A model generated the notes under the pieces. That model had not been told where the DNA came from and ran no database searches. It was given only the letters and a program-made list of their open reading frames with translations. Below, in pieces: positions 29,610-36,380 of a stretch of 64,000 bases of DNA. Made by a program: the position numbers and the translations under genes. Source of the stretch: Robinsoniella sp. GTDB taxonomy: Bacteria > Bacillota > Clostridia > Lachnospirales > Lachnospiraceae. The stretch is taken from contig JAMPFB010000004.1 of NCBI GenBank assembly GCA_023664735.1, positions 2,316 through 66,315 of the forward strand, given 5' to 3'. Each line of letters opens with the position of its first letter. Position 1 is the first letter of the stretch.

Positions 29610-29614
29610 TGGTA

Positions 29615-31225
29615 TTACCCCCATTCCTCCGTAAGCCAGTTCCTAAGCAAGCTGGCAACTGCTTCCGGATTTTCGTCCACAAATTTTTCTATCAGCTTTC
29701 TTGTCTCTGATTTTTCTTCTAATTCAATATCTTCTAACTCTACCGCCGGGGTAGACTGCAACAGTGATTCCACAGAAAGCTCTTCTTCCACCTGCTCTTC
29801 TCTTGCCCCTCTCATGCTCCTTAGGACAACAAAAGCAAGCAATGCCAGAATCAAAACGATAAGTACAATCTGCACTACATCCCATGCGCCTATGGAAAGT
29901 CCTTCTTTATCAATGAAGATAGGCTTTTCCTGTGCCACGATTTGAATATTTTCTTCGGAAATGCCGGTAGCCTTTGCTACCAGTGCATAAATCTCATCAT
30001 CTACTTCCAGCTTGACTACATCGCCATTGGTAACCTTAAATTCATCCCAAGTAATTCCTTCTAAGAGGCCCTGTCTCTCAACATCCTCTTCTTTGTAAAC
30101 ATGAAGCTTCGTAGCTGCAATACCTACAGAAGACTCCTCATAAATCACATCTCCCGGTGGCTTTACCTCAGACTCTACGCTTTCATCCTGCAGATACTTG
30201 CTTTCCCTTTCCGAAACAGTAGAAGAAGAATCCGCATAATCGCTCAGCACATAGCTTGCTCCATCTTCATTGTTGCTGCCTGTGCCCGGCTCTCCTCCGG
30301 TAATGCCCTGACTTTCACTGTCATATACTCGTTCCTCACTTAAAAGACCTCCTTCCGAGCCTTCCGGCGCCGTATAAGTGTGGTCGGTCTTTTCCTTTGT
30401 GGAAAAATCAAGCTTTAAATTACTAGTCACTTCCACATTGTCATAAAGTGTGGTGCCAATCAAAACAGAACGCACTTCGCTTTTCACGATTGCCTCCGCC
30501 TTTGATTTGGCGTCTAGCTGGGTGCTGGCATTTCCTGCCGTACTGCTATTATCTTCGCCGGCAAAAAGCAGGTTGTTTTCCGTATCAATAATCGTAATAT
30601 TATCCGTGCTTGTATTGCCAAGCGCCGTAGCTGCATACCTAGCCAGCGCTGCTGCATTTTCCGGGGTAAGCTCCATTCCCCCTTCGATTTCTAATGTAAT
30701 TGCAGCAAAGGACTCTTTCTCCTGAGCAATCAATGTGCCGTCCTGCTCCGGTATAGTCAAATCCACCTTTGCCCATTTTACCGCTTCGCTTCTCTGAAGG
30801 GTTGCCTCCATATCCTCCTGCAGCCATACTTTATATAATTTCTGCTTATCTGCTTCCGTGGTGGAAAAGCCACCGGATGTCACATCCTTTATGGTGCTGT
30901 ATGTATCGGAAGGAATGTTGTTAGAGCCTAAAAGAAGGTTGGCATCGCTTTCCTGACTCTTCAATATGGATATCCTGAGACCATCCGTACTTGTCTGGAA
31001 CTTTAGATTCTCTGCTTCCAAAAGGTCTACAATCGCAGCCGCTTCCTTTTGGCTTTCGCAAGTCACCAGAGGAATATACTGTGGTCTAGTCAATGCATAG
31101 CTCAAAACAGAAAACATTAAAACAATGCCGGCAAATGCGCAAACAACAATCGTCTTCTGTTTTGGGTTGAATTTATTCCACCATTCTAATAACTTTTCTG
31201 GAATTTTTTTAAATCTGTCTGCCAT
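29615..31225 (-). CDS. fliF: Flagellar MS-ring protein FliF
   Basis: 536 aa. N- and C-terminal TM segments flank a large periplasmic-type domain. Conserved position. Confidence 0.9.
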   Translation of the reverse strand: MADRFKKIPEKLLEWWNKFNPKQKTIVVCAFAGIVLMFSVLSYALTRPQYIPLVTCESQKEAAAIVDLLEAENLKFQTSTDGLRISILKSQESDANLLLGSNNIPSDTYSTIKDVTSGGFSTTEADKQKLYKVWLQEDMEATLQRSEAVKWAKVDLTIPEQDGTLIAQEKESFAAITLEIEGGMELTPENAAALARYAATALGNTSTDNITIIDTENNLLFAGEDNSSTAGNASTQLDAKSKAEAIVKSEVRSVLIGTTLYDNVEVTSNLKLDFSTKEKTDHTYTAPEGSEGGLLSEERVYDSESQGITGGEPGTGSNNEDGASYVLSDYADSSSTVSERESKYLQDESVESEVKPPGDVIYEESSVGIAATKLHVYKEEDVERQGLLEGITWDEFKVTNGDVVKLEVDDEIYALVAKATGISEENIQIVAQEKPIFIDKEGLSIGAWDVVQIVLIVLILALLAFVVLRSMRGAREEQVEEELSVESLLQSTPAVELEDIELEEKSETRKLIEKFVDENPEAVASLLRNWLTEEWG

Positions 31226-31251
31226 AACAAGTTGCTCCTTAGTACCTTACT

Positions 31252-31590
31252 TTAAATCTGAATCTGCATGATTTCTTTATAGGCTTCCATAAACTTGTCT
31301 CTTACCGCTATGGTGTATGTAAGTGCAGTCGATGCCTTTTGCAATGCAATTGCCAAATCGTGGGGATTTTCCGTTTCGCCAAGGGCAAGCTTTATCTCTT
31401 CATTTTCTGCATCGGATAAATAGCCGTTGGTCGTATTGATTCCTTCTACTGCTGCATTCAAAAAGGATTCAAACACATCCTTGTCTGTTTCCTGTCCGCC
31501 ATGGATTTTCATATTGGATAATAAAGGGCTTGTTTTGACTGCCTCTTTGATAATGCCTGAATTTACATTGTTTAAAGCTGTAATGTCCAT
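31252..31590 (-). CDS. fliE: Flagellar hook-basal body protein FliE
   Basis: 112 aa. C-terminal AVRDKFMEAYKEIMQIQI is typical of FliE. Confidence 0.85.
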   Translation of the reverse strand: MDITALNNVNSGIIKEAVKTSPLLSNMKIHGGQETDKDVFESFLNAAVEGINTTNGYLSDAENEEIKLALGETENPHDLAIALQKASTALTYTIAVRDKFMEAYKEIMQIQI

Positions 31591-31614
31591 TTCATTTCCT
31601 CTTTACTTTTTATT

Positions 31615-32058
31615 TTAGTTTGCCATTTCCAGACCTTTGACAGCCATGCTCTTGCTTGCGTCAAAAGCTGTGGCATTTGCCTCATATGCCCGGCTGGCAT
31701 CAATTAAATTCGTCATTTCTGTAATGATATTTACATTGGGATATAATACATAGCCGTCCTCGTCCGCATCCGGGTGCGCAGGGTCATATGCTTTTATCAA
31801 ATCTGTAGTGTGGTCCTCATAAGTGCCCACTACCTTTACCCCCTTGCCCGCATAACGGTCTGTCGCACTGTTTAACACTCTGGAAAAAGGCGTCTGTGAA
31901 TCCCGCTCCTGAAATACCACTGTCTTCCTACGGTATGGCGTTCCATCGGAGGTTCTGGTCGTATTGGCATTTGCTACGTTTTCCGAAATCACGTCCATAC
32001 GGTATCTTTGTGCTGTAAGTCCTGATGCATTGATGTCAAAAGCAGTAAACATACTCAT
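31615..32058 (-). CDS. flgC: Flagellar rod protein FlgC
   Basis: 147 aa. ASGLTAQRYRMDVISENVANANTT, and C-terminal EMTNLIDASRAYEANATA. Confidence 0.9.
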   Translation of the reverse strand: MSMFTAFDINASGLTAQRYRMDVISENVANANTTRTSDGTPYRRKTVVFQERDSQTPFSRVLNSATDRYAGKGVKVVGTYEDHTTDLIKAYDPAHPDADEDGYVLYPNVNIITEMTNLIDASRAYEANATAFDASKSMAVKGLEMAN

Positions 32059-32070
32059 AATTCATCCCTC

Positions 32071-32460
32071 CTATTTCATAACTGCCTTTAAGTTGGCAAA
32101 TTCTTGATTGTAGGCATCTACCAATGCCCGATATTTTATCTGGTTGTTGGCAAGCGCTACATTTTCCGACTCTGGGTCCACATTATTGCCGTCTAACCGG
32201 TAGGAATATCCGGCATAGTCTGTATAAGTGGTGGGAAAAAGCTCGCTTGTCCTTACACCGGCTACTTTCGCATCCATTGTTTCATATCTGCTGCTCCCAA
32301 GAGCCTTGGTGAGCTGGCTTTCAAAATCAACATCCTGACGCTTATAGCCCGGTGTGTCTTTATTGGCAATATTATTAGAAATAGCCTCATTTCTCAGCCA
32401 TGAAGCATCCGCTGCCTTATCCAATACATTGATATAATTGTATACGCTTGTGTTGATCAT
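32071..32460 (-). CDS. flgB: Flagellar rod protein FlgB
   Basis: SNNIANKDTPGYKRQDVDFE motif. Start trimmed to ATG 32460 (AAGGAG 6 nt upstream) instead of the GTG at 32487. Confidence 0.9.
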   Translation of the reverse strand: MINTSVYNYINVLDKAADASWLRNEAISNNIANKDTPGYKRQDVDFESQLTKALGSSRYETMDAKVAGVRTSELFPTTYTDYAGYSYRLDGNNVDPESENVALANNQIKYRALVDAYNQEFANLKAVMK

Positions 32461-32505
32461 ACTTTTCTCCTTTCTAAAAGGGGGCACAAATTTTCATCCC
32501 ATACT

Positions 32506-32533
32506 ATTATAAAATATTTTAAGAAAAACGCAA
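32506..32533 (-). promoter_or_regulatory. Candidate sigma-A promoter of the flgB operon
   Basis: The minus strand reads TTGCGT-16 nt-TATAAT, about 45 nt upstream of the flgB ATG and just after the codY terminator. Confidence 0.5.
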
Positions 32534-32544
32534 GGCATTTTCAA

Positions 32545-32590
32545 AAAAAAACAGAAACCAAAAAAGGATTTATTATTTTATAAATCCTTT
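32545..32590 (-). terminator. Candidate rho-independent terminator after codY
   Basis: 10-bp AU-rich stem AAAGGATTTA/TAAATCCTTT (32563-32572 and 32581-32590), followed on the minus strand by TTTGGTTTCTGTTTTTTTTT. Confidence 0.5.
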
Positions 32591-32636
32591 TAGTAAAACT
32601 TTCCGGCAACTCCTTTTGCCTTCCTGCTATTGCAGC

Positions 32637-33416
32637 TTATATTTGTTTTCTCAAGTCATCTAATTCCTCATAGATGGCATCGTTTATAACCTTGATGTAG
32701 GTGCCCTTCATGCCGGAAGACCTAGATTCTATCACTCCTGCACTTTCAAACTTCCTAAGGGCATTTACAATGACCGAACGGGTAATCCCTACCCGGTCCG
32801 CAATCTTGCTTGCCACCAATATCCCTTCCATCCCATTCAGCTCGTCAAATATATGTACGATTGCTTCCATTTCTGATAAGGATAAGGTATGGATGGCGGA
32901 TTTTACTACTGCCTGCTTCCTGCTTTCCTCTGCATTTTCTTCATTGACCGCCCGGAGCATCTCCAAGCTGACTACCGTCGCCCCGTACTCACATAAAATA
33001 ATATCGTCTATGTCGTAGGTTTCCTCTTCATTATAAATAAATAAAGTTCCAAGCCTTTCTCCCGCAATGTCAATAGGAGTAATGACGCCCTGAAAACGTT
33101 TGGTATCCGTGGTCTCAAAGCCAAGAGTCTCCAGATTGACGTTTTCTTTTGTGGAAAGCACAGATAGAAACCTTTCATTTAAAGCACTGTCTATGAAATC
33201 TCCCACTTGCCCCTTTAAAAGCTCCGTAATCACTTCCACGCTTCCATAATTGGCCAGTCCCAAAACCTTGCCCTTCTTACTGATTACAAGTACATTGGAT
33301 TCTAATATCTCCTTTAATACTGTACATATATCGGTAAAGACCACCTTACTGGAGCTATTATTGTGCAGCAGCTTTCCAATCTTTCTCGTTTTATCCAATA
33401 ACTGTACACTGCTCAT
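32637..33416 (-). CDS. codY: GTP/BCAA-sensing global regulator CodY
   Basis: MSSVQLLDKTRKIGKLLH..., GAF-like N-terminal domain, and a C-terminal wHTH ASKIADRVGITRSVIVNALRKFESAGVIESRS. Start trimmed to ATG 33416 (GGAGGA RBS). Confidence 0.9.
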   Translation of the reverse strand: MSSVQLLDKTRKIGKLLHNNSSSKVVFTDICTVLKEILESNVLVISKKGKVLGLANYGSVEVITELLKGQVGDFIDSALNERFLSVLSTKENVNLETLGFETTDTKRFQGVITPIDIAGERLGTLFIYNEEETYDIDDIILCEYGATVVSLEMLRAVNEENAEESRKQAVVKSAIHTLSLSEMEAIVHIFDELNGMEGILVASKIADRVGITRSVIVNALRKFESAGVIESRSSGMKGTYIKVINDAIYEELDDLRKQI

Positions 33417-33489
33417 CGCTTCCTCCGTAATCCCATACTCAATAGAATAAGTTATATGCCACGTCATTGCTATTGTTATTGCTATTGAT

Positions 33490-33518
33490 ATGTTACCACA
33501 ATTTCTTGGGAACTGCAA
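33490..33518 (-). promoter_or_regulatory. Candidate codY promoter
   Basis: The minus strand reads TTGCAG-17 nt-TAACAT with TGg immediately upstream of the -10 (extended -10). Confidence 0.35.
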
Positions 33519-33519
33519 G

Positions 33520-33534
33520 AATTTTCAGATAATT
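33520..33534. promoter_or_regulatory. CodY-box-like palindrome
   Basis: AATTTTCAGATAATT matches the CodY consensus AATTTTCWGAAAATT at 14 of 15 positions. It directly abuts the candidate -35 of codY. Confidence 0.5.
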
Positions 33535-33545
33535 GGATAAGATTG

Positions 33546-33609
33546 GTGGGTGGGGAAAGCAGGGGGGGAAACTTGGGTTGGAAAATCGGGGGGGTTGGAA
33601 AATCGGGAC
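33546..33609 (+). repeat. G-rich tract with two G7 homopolymers and a duplicated TTGGAAAATCGGG unit
   Basis: GGTGGGTGGGGAAAGCAGGGGGGGAAACTTGGGTTGGAAAATCGGGGGGGTTGGAAAATCGGGAC. G7 runs at 33562-33568 and 33588-33594. Confidence 0.8.
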
Positions 33610-33756
33610 GTGGGAGCAGGGCTCTTAGATAGAAGTCTTATGGGCGCGCTCTCGCTCTATGAAAACGCAGCGGTACTAACGCACCAAAGTACGGTGCGTA
33701 AGGACCGGCGTTTTCATAAGGCCCTTAAGACTTCTATCTAAGAGCCCTGCTCCCAC
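33610..33756. repeat. Long hairpin element A (147 nt)
   Basis: Outer stem 33610-33645 pairs with 33721-33756 at 35 of 36 positions. Inner stems are CTATGAAAACGC/GCGTTTTCATAAG and ACGCACC/GGTGCGT. Confidence 0.85.
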
Positions 33757-33804
33757 TGGGTGTCGGATGCTTTTTGGGTGTGATTTCTGGGTGTATGCTT
33801 TCCG

Positions 33805-33956
33805 GATTCGCTTTCCGAATGTGGTTGCTGGATATGCTTTCCGATTCGCTTTCCAAGTATGGCTGCTGGATATACTTTCCAATTCGCTTTCCAAGTATGG
33901 CTGCTGGATATGCTTTCAGATTCGCCTTCCAAATGTGGCTGCTGGATATGCTTTCC
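33805..33956. repeat. Tandem direct repeat, 4 x 38 bp, with degenerate partial copies at 33757-33804
   Basis: Unit GATTCGCTTTCCAAGTATGGCTGCTGGATATGCTTTCC at 33805, 33843, 33881 and 33919, with a few substitutions per copy. Confidence 0.9.
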
Positions 33957-33977
33957 CAATAGGGGTGCCGATACACA

Positions 33978-34125
33978 GTGAGAGCCGGTGCAGCATAGGA
34001 TAGTCTTCTGGGCCTTGGTAAAGGCGCCGGTCCTTACGCACCGTACTTTGGTGCGTTAGTACCGCTGCGTCTTTGCAGAGCGAGAGCGTGCCCAGAAGAC
34101 TATCCTATGCTGCGCCAGCTCTCAC
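33978..34125. repeat. Long hairpin element B (148 nt), an inverted diverged copy of element A
   Basis: Outer stem 33978-34013 pairs with 34090-34125 (34 Watson-Crick pairs, 1 G-T, 1 mismatch). Core 34025-34069 is the exact reverse complement of 33666-33710. Confidence 0.85.
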
Positions 34126-34153
34126 GTCCCTCCTCCAACACCTCCCCACACGT

Positions 34154-36244
34154 TTACAATTGCAGCTCCTTTTCTTCTTTCTTTGCCGCTTCCACATACC
34201 CGCACCCCTCACCTGAGCAGACCAGCTTATTTCCTTTTTCTAAAAGGACGGAGCCGCATTTGGGGCACATTTCCCTGCTGGGTTTTTGCCATACCATGAA
34301 ATCGCAGTCTGGGTTGTTTTCGCAGCCGAAATATCTTCTTCCTTTTTTGGTCTTTTTTAAAACTACTTCTCCGCCGCACTTGGGACAGGGGACTCCGATT
34401 TTTTCTAGGTAGGGCTTGGTGTTCCTGCAGTCCGGGAAACCGGGGCAGGCAAGGAATTTGCCGTGGGGACCGTACTTGATTACCATTTGTCTGCCACAAA
34501 GGTCGCAGACTTGGTCGGATACTTCGTCTTCGATTTTTATGGATTCCAGTTCTTTTTCTGCTAAATTGACCGCCTCGTCCAAATCTGGGTAGAAATTCGC
34601 CACAATGACCTTCCAGTTTATAGTTCCTTCTTCTACCTTATCTAAAAGGGACTCCATATTTGCTGTGAAGTTTACGTCCACGATGCTGCCAAAGGCATCC
34701 TTCATAATGGAGTTTACCGCTTCCCCAAGCTCGGTAACATATAAATTTTTCTCTTCCTTTATAATGTAACGCCTTCCTAAAATAGTGCCGATGGTGGGGG
34801 CATAGGTGCTTGGGCGTCCGATGCCAAGCTCTTCTAATGTACGCACAAGGGAAGCCTCCGTATAGTGGGCAGGCGGCTGGGTGAAATGCTGTCTTGGCTC
34901 AAAGCCCTCCAATTGAAGCTTTGTATCTGTATCTAATGATTTTGCAAGTAAGCTGCCTTCCTTTTTCTCCTCATCCGCTTCCGTATATACGCTCATAAAT
35001 CCATCAAATACGATTTTGGAAGCAGCTACGGTAAAACGATAATCCCCTGCATCTATTTTTACGGAGGTAGTCTCATAAAGGGCAGGCTTCATGCAGCTTG
35101 CAGTAAACCGTTTCCAAATCAACTGATATAACCGGAATAAATCCCGGCTTAAGGAGTCCTTGATTTCCAATGGAGTCCGGGAAATATCTGTAGGGCGGAT
35201 TGCCTCGTGGGCATCCTGTATTTTCCCTTGGGATTTCTTGCTGTTTTCCGCTTCCTCTGCATATTGGCCGCCATATGCCTTCGCAATATATTCTTTTGCA
35301 TTCTGCTTTGCTTCTTGGGAAACCCTTGTAGAATCTGTACGGAGATAGGTAATCAGGCCTACCGTGCCGCTTCCTTTGATTTCCACTCCTTCGTACAATT
35401 GCTGGGCAAGCCTCATAGTCTTTGAGGTGGAAAAATTCAATGCCTTGCTTGCCTCCTGCTGCAAGGTAGAAGTAGTAAAGGGCATTGGCGCTTTTTTGCT
35501 CCTTTCCCCTTTCTTTACGGAATGAACCTGAAACTCGGCTCCTTTCAGCTTCTCTAAAACCTGATCCAACTCCCCTTTGGAGGAAATGGACAGCTTTTCT
35601 TCCTTTGTGCCGTAAAATTTTGCCTGTAACGGCTTTTTTTCTCCGGGTATCTTCAAATTGGCATCTAATGTCCAATACTCTTCCGGAATAAAAGCATTGA
35701 TTTCCTCTTCCCGGTCGCAGATAATCCGGAGAGCCACGGACTGGACACGCCCTGCGCTAAGCCCTCTTTTTACCTTTGCCCATAAAAGAGGGGAAATCCG
35801 ATAGCCCACCATTCGGTCAAGCACTCTTCTTGCCTGCTGGGCATCTACCAAGTCCATATTGATTTCCCTTGCATGCTTTAAGGATTCCTTTACCGCATTT
35901 TTAGTGATTTCATTAAAGGTAATCCGGTAGACCTTTTTATCTTCTAACTTCAGCGCTTTTAACAAATGCCATGATATTGCTTCTCCTTCCCGGTCCGGGT
36001 CCGTTGCCAGATAAATCTTTTCCGCCTTTTTTACTTCCTTTCTTAAAGAAGCAAGGATATCCCCTTTTCCCCGTATGGTGATATACTTTGGCTCATAATC
36101 ATTTTCCACATCAATACCCATCCGGCTTTTGGGCAAATCCCGCACATGTCCGTTGCTGGCAAGCACTTCATAATTTGTTCCTAAAAACTTCTTAATGGTC
36201 TTTACCTTTGCAGGTGATTCCACAATTACTAAATATTTTGCCAT
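34154..36244 (-). CDS. topA: DNA topoisomerase I
   Basis: AKYLVIVESPAKVKTIKKFLG Toprim N-terminus, active-site region ITYLRTDS, and C-terminal Cys4 zinc ribbons (CDLCGRQM...CPGFPDC, CPKCGG...C). Start trimmed to ATG 36244. Confidence 0.95.
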   Translation of the reverse strand: MAKYLVIVESPAKVKTIKKFLGTNYEVLASNGHVRDLPKSRMGIDVENDYEPKYITIRGKGDILASLRKEVKKAEKIYLATDPDREGEAISWHLLKALKLEDKKVYRITFNEITKNAVKESLKHAREINMDLVDAQQARRVLDRMVGYRISPLLWAKVKRGLSAGRVQSVALRIICDREEEINAFIPEEYWTLDANLKIPGEKKPLQAKFYGTKEEKLSISSKGELDQVLEKLKGAEFQVHSVKKGERSKKAPMPFTTSTLQQEASKALNFSTSKTMRLAQQLYEGVEIKGSGTVGLITYLRTDSTRVSQEAKQNAKEYIAKAYGGQYAEEAENSKKSQGKIQDAHEAIRPTDISRTPLEIKDSLSRDLFRLYQLIWKRFTASCMKPALYETTSVKIDAGDYRFTVAASKIVFDGFMSVYTEADEEKKEGSLLAKSLDTDTKLQLEGFEPRQHFTQPPAHYTEASLVRTLEELGIGRPSTYAPTIGTILGRRYIIKEEKNLYVTELGEAVNSIMKDAFGSIVDVNFTANMESLLDKVEEGTINWKVIVANFYPDLDEAVNLAEKELESIKIEDEVSDQVCDLCGRQMVIKYGPHGKFLACPGFPDCRNTKPYLEKIGVPCPKCGGEVVLKKTKKGRRYFGCENNPDCDFMVWQKPSREMCPKCGSVLLEKGNKLVCSGEGCGYVEAAKKEEKELQL

Positions 36245-36286
36245 AATGCTTCCCCTATTCTCTTCCATTTCAAGTAATCGTCTCAA

Positions 36287-36315
36287 ACTATACACCAAAA
36301 AAATTGATGTGTAAA
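36287..36315 (-). promoter_or_regulatory. Candidate topA promoter
   Basis: The minus strand reads TTTACA-17 nt-TATAGT, between the upstream terminator and the topA ATG. Confidence 0.4.
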
Positions 36316-36350
36316 GAGCTTTTTTTCGGAAAGGCTGCCTGAACTGTTAC

Positions 36351-36377
36351 AAAAAAACAGGTCCCTAAGGGACCTGC
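36351..36377 (-). terminator. Rho-independent terminator ending the pilus operon
   Basis: The minus strand reads CAGGTCCC-TTAG-GGACCTG followed by TTTTTTT, 4 nt after the stop of the 1697-aa gene. Confidence 0.75.
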
Positions 36378-36380
36378 CTT

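Noticed and set aside
32461-32636. A c-di-GMP riboswitch or C. difficile-type invertible flagellar switch directly upstream of flgB.
   Set aside because: The gap is only 176 bp. A terminator and a promoter occupy most of it, leaving a leader of about 40 nt. No inverted repeats or riboswitch-sized structure are present.
33805-33956. Whether the 38-bp array is a CRISPR array.
   Set aside because: The repeats are directly adjacent with no spacers, and no cas genes occur in the window.
33966-33973. GCCGATAC on the plus strand as a sigma-28 -10 inside the repeat element.
   Set aside because: No TAAA at the appropriate spacing, and no downstream plus-strand gene.
33550-34003. Five short ORFs (62-80 aa, both strands) across the hairpin and tandem-repeat region.
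   Set aside because: They are generated by the 38-bp repeat, whose period is not a multiple of 3. Their peptides are repetitive, and they have no RBS.
35073-35675. 200-aa minus-strand ORF in an alternative frame inside topA, plus a 90-aa ORF at 34227-34499.
   Set aside because: They overlap the well-conserved topA frame, and their products are R/K/G-rich and nonsensical. No support for overlapping genes.
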